Source: a virus
Taxonomy: Duplodnaviria; Caudoviricetes
Length of the DNA stretch: 53,310 nt
Virus record (IMG/VR): IMGVR_UViG_3300021502_000001
Coordinates: 1 to 53,310 of that record
Strand: one strand, 5' to 3'
Each line of letters opens with the position of its first letter. The first letter of the stretch is position 1. Shown one piece after another: positions 49,040 to 53,310 of the stretch. The translations under genes and the position numbers were made by a program. The notes under the pieces were generated by a model. That model made no database searches. It saw only the letters and a list, made by a program, of their open reading frames with translations, and was not told the DNA's origin.

Positions 49040-52000
49040 TTATTTTAATTTTTTAGTTAATACTGCCATTTCTGATACCATACCAACAGGCGCTGAGAGT
49101 GTTGGTTGCCAAGAAGCTCCTGGATCCATACTTCTCACTAACCCACTACTATTATGTAAAACCGGTGCTAAATCTGCTTCTTGTTCTTTTAATACAGATC
49201 TAATACCATATGCTACCAAAATTAAAGCAGAATATAAATCTTTATTTTGGTGTTTTTTAGGGGTATCAAAATGCAAAACACCACTTCTTGTTTGTGTAAC
49301 AATAATATTTCTCATCTGAGCTTTTAACTTTTCAATAGCCTCATATACCACGGCGGGCTCATCTCTACTTGACCCCATAGGTGGTTCTGGAAAAGATATA
49401 CTATTACTTTCTAATAATGCTTTAGCAGTAAAATTAGCATCAGAGATCCAAGCCGGTGCAAACACAACCATTTCTAATATATGTCTACCTTTCATACTTA
49501 TATGATCTGTGTTTGTTATATCTATTATAGGTTCTTTATTATTATAACCTTCCTCTAATAAATCACATACTGCTTTTCCTCCACCACCTTTATCAATCAG
49601 TACCCTTACAATATTAAATTGCGAACAAATAGTTTGTACACACATTGCTATTTTTTGGGTTGTATCAACCTCTAGATCGATACATTTTACAACTCTATTT
49701 ATCTCACCTAACCTTGCTATAACAACACCGCACCCTGCTGAGCCCGCTTGATTAGGATCAACACCTAAAATATAGGATGCTTTTGGAGTACCTATCAATT
49801 CGACGGTAAAACCAGAATTTATTGAACACGATTCTATTAAAGAGGCTTTGAAAAACCCCTCAGAATCGGATATCATTTCAGCTTCATATTCCATTTTAAA
49901 TTCATCTGTAGCCATTATGCGTTTAGATTCTTCTATATTAGACATATCTAAAAAGCCTGCCGGTAACTCTGTATAAGGTATCTGCCATACTGAGTATCTA
50001 CTATTGTCCCCTTCTTTACTCATCATATACCAATGATCTTGCATACGTTTCCATATATGATTAAACTTATAAAATCCAGAACTTACCATGATCATTTTGT
50101 TAACTTTTTTATCTTCAAAATCTTCTTTTGACGCGAGTCCTAATTTCAATAACTTATCTTCTTGCTCCTTCTGTCTAACATTCTCCATAGGGTCAAGTGT
50201 AGCAGCTGCAAAAGGTCTAATAACCATATCAACTATTTTAGCAGGAACCTGGGCTAACTCATCAATACATATAGTATAAAATCGTGACCCACGGATCTTA
50301 CCCCCATCTGCTCCTAAGGGTAATGCCTCGATAAAAGAACCATTATATCCACCTACTGCTTTAAATTTTAAATAACATGAGTCTGTACTTCTTATAGGTT
50401 TCTTTTGAGTGGCTTCCCTAACTAAAGGTGACTGATCATATATTTTTTCTACCTCAGAAAAAATCATTTTGGAGTTGTGAGATATCATCCCGTTTGACCA
50501 GTAACAATTTTCATTTTCAACTTCTACATCCACAGTCTCAGCAAAAAAATATTTGGAATCTGTCATTTTTACAAAATACAAACCACGTTCTAAAAATTCT
50601 TTACATTTACCGTGATTCTTCTTTATAGTACCATGTGGTAATCCTATAGCGCGTGCTAAACTATATTCTTTATTAAAGTGTGTATTTAGATAATCTGTAA
50701 GCTTAGTATTTTTTCTACTACATCTAAATCCTACTATATTATTAAATTTTGTTAAATATTCTTGACTAGTTATTCTTATTTTATAAGCTTCAGCACATTT
50801 TGATTTTACTGTCCTACCTATTAAATATCGTTCTTCCGCTTTTTTACTTACTCCTAAATGAGATACTATACCTAAATTAAGTAATACTGCTTGAACTTCT
50901 TTTGCTAACTGTAAGGACGATGTTGCTAAACTCACCTCACAATGTGTAGATTTTCTACTTCTTTGAATATAACAACAACCGTCCGTGTCAAATAGCGCTG
51001 AAATAAAAGCAACTATACATTCTTTAGATGATTTTTTTACCACACACGGAATTTTTTTATCTAAAGCCGTAGTTTTTGTAAATCCGCATTTTAATAAATA
51101 ACCAACCAACTTTTTACATGGGTATTTTATTTCCCAGGTATTATTTTTTCTATTTTTTCTTGATATATACTCATCTTTATTTGCTAAAAAGTACTCTCTT
51201 AAATAATTTTCAAAAAAGTCTAATAAATCTTGATCTTCATTTACAAAATCAATATTTTGGTGTCTACCATTATCATTCTTACTAATTGTTACACATCCGT
51301 CTCCGATAATTAATCCAATCCAGTATGACAAATTTGGTGTCAATTCTGTAGGTATCTCACAATCTTTGGTTCTCCAATTACCCTCAAATTCATCATAAGT
51401 TGGAAGGGTATTGTTGTTTCCAAAATAATTAAATCCTTTTTTTATAACTATATTATCTTCTTCAGTTATATCTTGTAAATCTTTAAATACTAAATTTAAT
51501 CCTCCATCTAAAGTTAAAATACCGTGATCTACTGTCCCTGCCAACTCGAAACCTTTTTTTGTTTTAATATACCTACACGCACGTTCAGGATTTGTCCATT
51601 TACTTAAAATAGTATTCTGAGTATCTAATGATTGGATTTTTGTTTGACCTTCTTTTACTGAGTTATAAAATTCTGTACCAGTAGATTTCAAACCACCATT
51701 TGTCCAAAAAGTATCGTAAGTATTTGACACTACAAAGCTTTGTCTAAAAACGGATCCAATTAGGCCTGTTCTATACCCAGGATATAGTAGTGATGAAAGA
51801 ACTGCAAGAGCACCTAACAAAAACGTATTATGATTAATAAACCCATTAGCAAAATAATTAGGTTCCTCCCCCATATCCATCATAAAATCATAGCAATCAC
51901 CAGTCCAATCTTCTACACTTTTTATTGTATCAAAATAATATTCTTTAGTAGTATCACCAATAGTATTACCAATAGTAGTATCAAATAAATGGCCATTTTC

Positions 52001-53155
52001 AGTAGTATCAAAACAATAATTTTCAGTAGTATCCAATACGTCATCACTAATAACCACACCATCGACGGTGCCCATATCAATAGGGGTGTCAATTACTTCA
52101 CCAAGTATCTCTCTATTAAACACTTCAATACTCTTAGAAAGTATTTCCATCAAATACAAATCATCTTCTACATTTATCTTTACTATCACCCCAAAATTTA
52201 ACAGCATTAGTTGTATTTCTATAGCTAATTGTTTTGATTCGGAGCAACAAATTATACTATTTTTATTTTTTAATACATTACCTATATCATAATAACCCTT
52301 AAAAAAATTTATTTGGGATTTTTGGGAGGAGGACCTTATTGAGGAGGGTATACATTTTAATTCATATTTTTCTATTTTATATTTTTCAATAAACCAATTA
52401 AAATCTTCAAATACAAAACCAAATGTGCTTACTATTTTTTTATTATAATAAAATTTATATGTTATATTATTTTTTACACAGTATTCTTTACAAAAATCTA
52501 TTATTTTACTATCATTTACTATTATAGAAGTATTACCTTGTTTATCTGTTACCATACTATCATTAGTTAATAAACCAATTAAATAGGCATCTTGACTGTC
52601 AATTACATTACTATTAAATATCTTTTGCCCGGACAAAATACATACAGTATCCCGTACTTTAAAAGTATCCGCAGCTTTATAAATAAAATTATTTTTATTG
52701 TCTACTGTAAGAAGAGGATGTTGATTACCGCCTTTGTGGGTAAAACCATTTTCTGTTACTAATTTTTTACCTTTTATATTTTTTTCCAAGCATAGCTTTT
52801 GTGTATCTCTAAAACCTTTTGAAGTATATAAAGACTCATTATAATCTACTACTGTATCTTCCCCATCTAATAAATATAGTGGTACTGAAGGTAATTTTTC
52901 ATTTAAATAAACTAAACCCTCATCTTCAAAATAAACTAAACTGTCACACGATACACTTTTTCCAAGACCGCGGGAACAAATGCCTATAACATAATTTTTA
53001 AACCACATATCATTAAATAGTAGTCTTTGTATGGGTGCTAAATCTATCCCTAATAAATCATATAGTGCTATGCAGGGGTTGTTACGATAAAAACCCAGTA
53101 ATTCTTTTCCTTGATCCAATACTATTTCAAACTTCTTATCTTTTTTATCAATCAA
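49040..53155 (-). CDS. terL: Terminase large subunit interrupted by two inteins (1371-aa precursor, ~572 aa after splicing)
   Basis: After removing the inteins: Walker A SRGLGK|T, FRQ|SKMIF, IRGSR..ICIDE (Walker B), VSSG, and nuclease motifs GVDP and KDLYSA. Confidence 0.92.
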   Translation of the reverse strand: MIDKKDKKFEIVLDQGKELLGFYRNNPCIALYDLLGIDLAPIQRLLFNDMWFKNYVIGICSRGLGKSVSCDSLVYFEDEGLVYLNEKLPSVPLYLLDGEDTVVDYNESLYTSKGFRDTQKLCLEKNIKGKKLVTENGFTHKGGNQHPLLTVDNKNNFIYKAADTFKVRDTVCILSGQKIFNSNVIDSQDAYLIGLLTNDSMVTDKQGNTSIIVNDSKIIDFCKEYCVKNNITYKFYYNKKIVSTFGFVFEDFNWFIEKYKIEKYELKCIPSSIRSSSQKSQINFFKGYYDIGNVLKNKNSIICCSESKQLAIEIQLMLLNFGVIVKINVEDDLYLMEILSKSIEVFNREILGEVIDTPIDMGTVDGVVISDDVLDTTENYCFDTTENGHLFDTTIGNTIGDTTKEYYFDTIKSVEDWTGDCYDFMMDMGEEPNYFANGFINHNTFLLGALAVLSSLLYPGYRTGLIGSVFRQSFVVSNTYDTFWTNGGLKSTGTEFYNSVKEGQTKIQSLDTQNTILSKWTNPERACRYIKTKKGFELAGTVDHGILTLDGGLNLVFKDLQDITEEDNIVIKKGFNYFGNNNTLPTYDEFEGNWRTKDCEIPTELTPNLSYWIGLIIGDGCVTISKNDNGRHQNIDFVNEDQDLLDFFENYLREYFLANKDEYISRKNRKNNTWEIKYPCKKLVGYLLKCGFTKTTALDKKIPCVVKKSSKECIVAFISALFDTDGCCYIQRSRKSTHCEVSLATSSLQLAKEVQAVLLNLGIVSHLGVSKKAEERYLIGRTVKSKCAEAYKIRITSQEYLTKFNNIVGFRCSRKNTKLTDYLNTHFNKEYSLARAIGLPHGTIKKNHGKCKEFLERGLYFVKMTDSKYFFAETVDVEVENENCYWSNGMISHNSKMIFSEVEKIYDQSPLVREATQKKPIRSTDSCYLKFKAVGGYNGSFIEALPLGADGGKIRGSRFYTICIDELAQVPAKIVDMVIRPFAAATLDPMENVRQKEQEDKLLKLGLASKEDFEDKKVNKMIMVSSGFYKFNHIWKRMQDHWYMMSKEGDNSRYSVWQIPYTELPAGFLDMSNIEESKRIMATDEFKMEYEAEMISDSEGFFKASLIESCSINSGFTVELIGTPKASYILGVDPNQAGSAGCGVVIARLGEINRVVKCIDLEVDTTQKIAMCVQTICSQFNIVRVLIDKGGGGKAVCDLLEEGYNNKEPIIDITNTDHISMKGRHILEMVVFAPAWISDANFTAKALLESNSISFPEPPMGSSRDEPAVVYEAIEKLKAQMRNIIVTQTRSGVLHFDTPKKHQNKDLYSALILVAYGIRSVLKEQEADLAPVLHNSSGLVRSMDPGASWQPTLSAPVGMVSEMAVLTKKLK
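50474..51739 (-). mobile_element. Intein 2 (422 aa) with LAGLIDADG endonuclease
   Basis: Q|SFVVS...GTVDH...WIGLIIGDG...FISALFDTDG...TVDVEVENENCYWSNGMISHN|S. Confidence 0.88.
51827..52957 (-). mobile_element. Intein 1 (377 aa) in Walker A, with degenerate LAGLIDADG
   Basis: K|SVSCDSLV...GGNQHPL...YLIGLLTNDS...FFKGYYDIGN...CYDFMM...YFANGFINHN|T. Confidence 0.88.
51926..52034 (-). repeat. Short degenerate tandem repeats inside intein 1
   Basis: DTTENYCF-DTTENGHLF-DTTIGNTIG-DTTKEYYF-DTI; 'agtagtatc' occurs four times on the + strand. Confidence 0.8.
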
Positions 53156-53169
53156 ATCTATCCACCGTG

Positions 53170-53310
53170 TTAAATCGCCCCTTCTACATCATTTTTATTT
53201 CCTACCCACCCGTCTCGTTCTTTTAATACCCTCTTTTCTTCTTTTTTTAATTTTTTTGCTTTATCAAGCAGTTCTAACTTTCTATCGTTATCAAAGGCCA
53301 CAGCAAGGTC
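53170..53310 (-). CDS. C-terminal end of an upstream gene (possibly terminase small subunit)
   Basis: Open frame DLAVAFDNDRKLELLDKAKKLKKEEKRVLKERDGWVGNKNDVEGAI* ending 15 nt before terL. Identity is inferred from position only. Confidence 0.5.
   Translation of the reverse strand, partial: DLAVAFDNDRKLELLDKAKKLKKEEKRVLKERDGWVGNKNDVEGAI

Noticed and set aside
15838-53226. Remaining short plus-strand ORFs, plus nested minus ORFs 21922-22122 and 47366-47596
   Set aside because: They overlap better-supported minus-strand genes and show no coding signatures.
1-53310. Stop-codon reassignment as seen in some large phages
   Set aside because: Standard code gives dense, full-length genes, and TAG and TGA both serve as apparent true stops (e.g. 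MCP ends in TAG, HNH paralog B in TGA).

Overview
Low-GC morphogenesis region of a large tailed dsDNA phage (or prophage), with every credible gene on the minus strand. Reading right to left: terminase large subunit with two inteins, holin-like and membrane genes, portal, nuclease, prohead protease, scaffold, decoration and major capsid genes, a block of fibre/appendage genes, neck and tail-completion genes, major tail protein and two probable chaperones. The last gene is a giant ORF (>4,780 codons, starting near 14345 and running off the left edge) that is missing from the ORF track because it has no stop inside the window. This ORF has a TP901-type tape-measure core (~3850-2750). Upstream of that core and in the same frame are the ordered catalytic motifs of a two-barrel RNA polymerase: beta-like FED, GRK...GSKG and PVDVRISSHG..KR, then beta'-like GKKG, HEMGIP, RFP and DFDGD. 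It is therefore a candidate tape-measure-fused, virion-injected RNA polymerase. Five free-standing homing-endonuclease-like genes and a recurrent 12-nt intergenic motif (candidate late promoter) are also present. No tRNA, rRNA, CRISPR array or tail sheath gene was recognised. All calls come from manual translation and motif recognition, not database searches.
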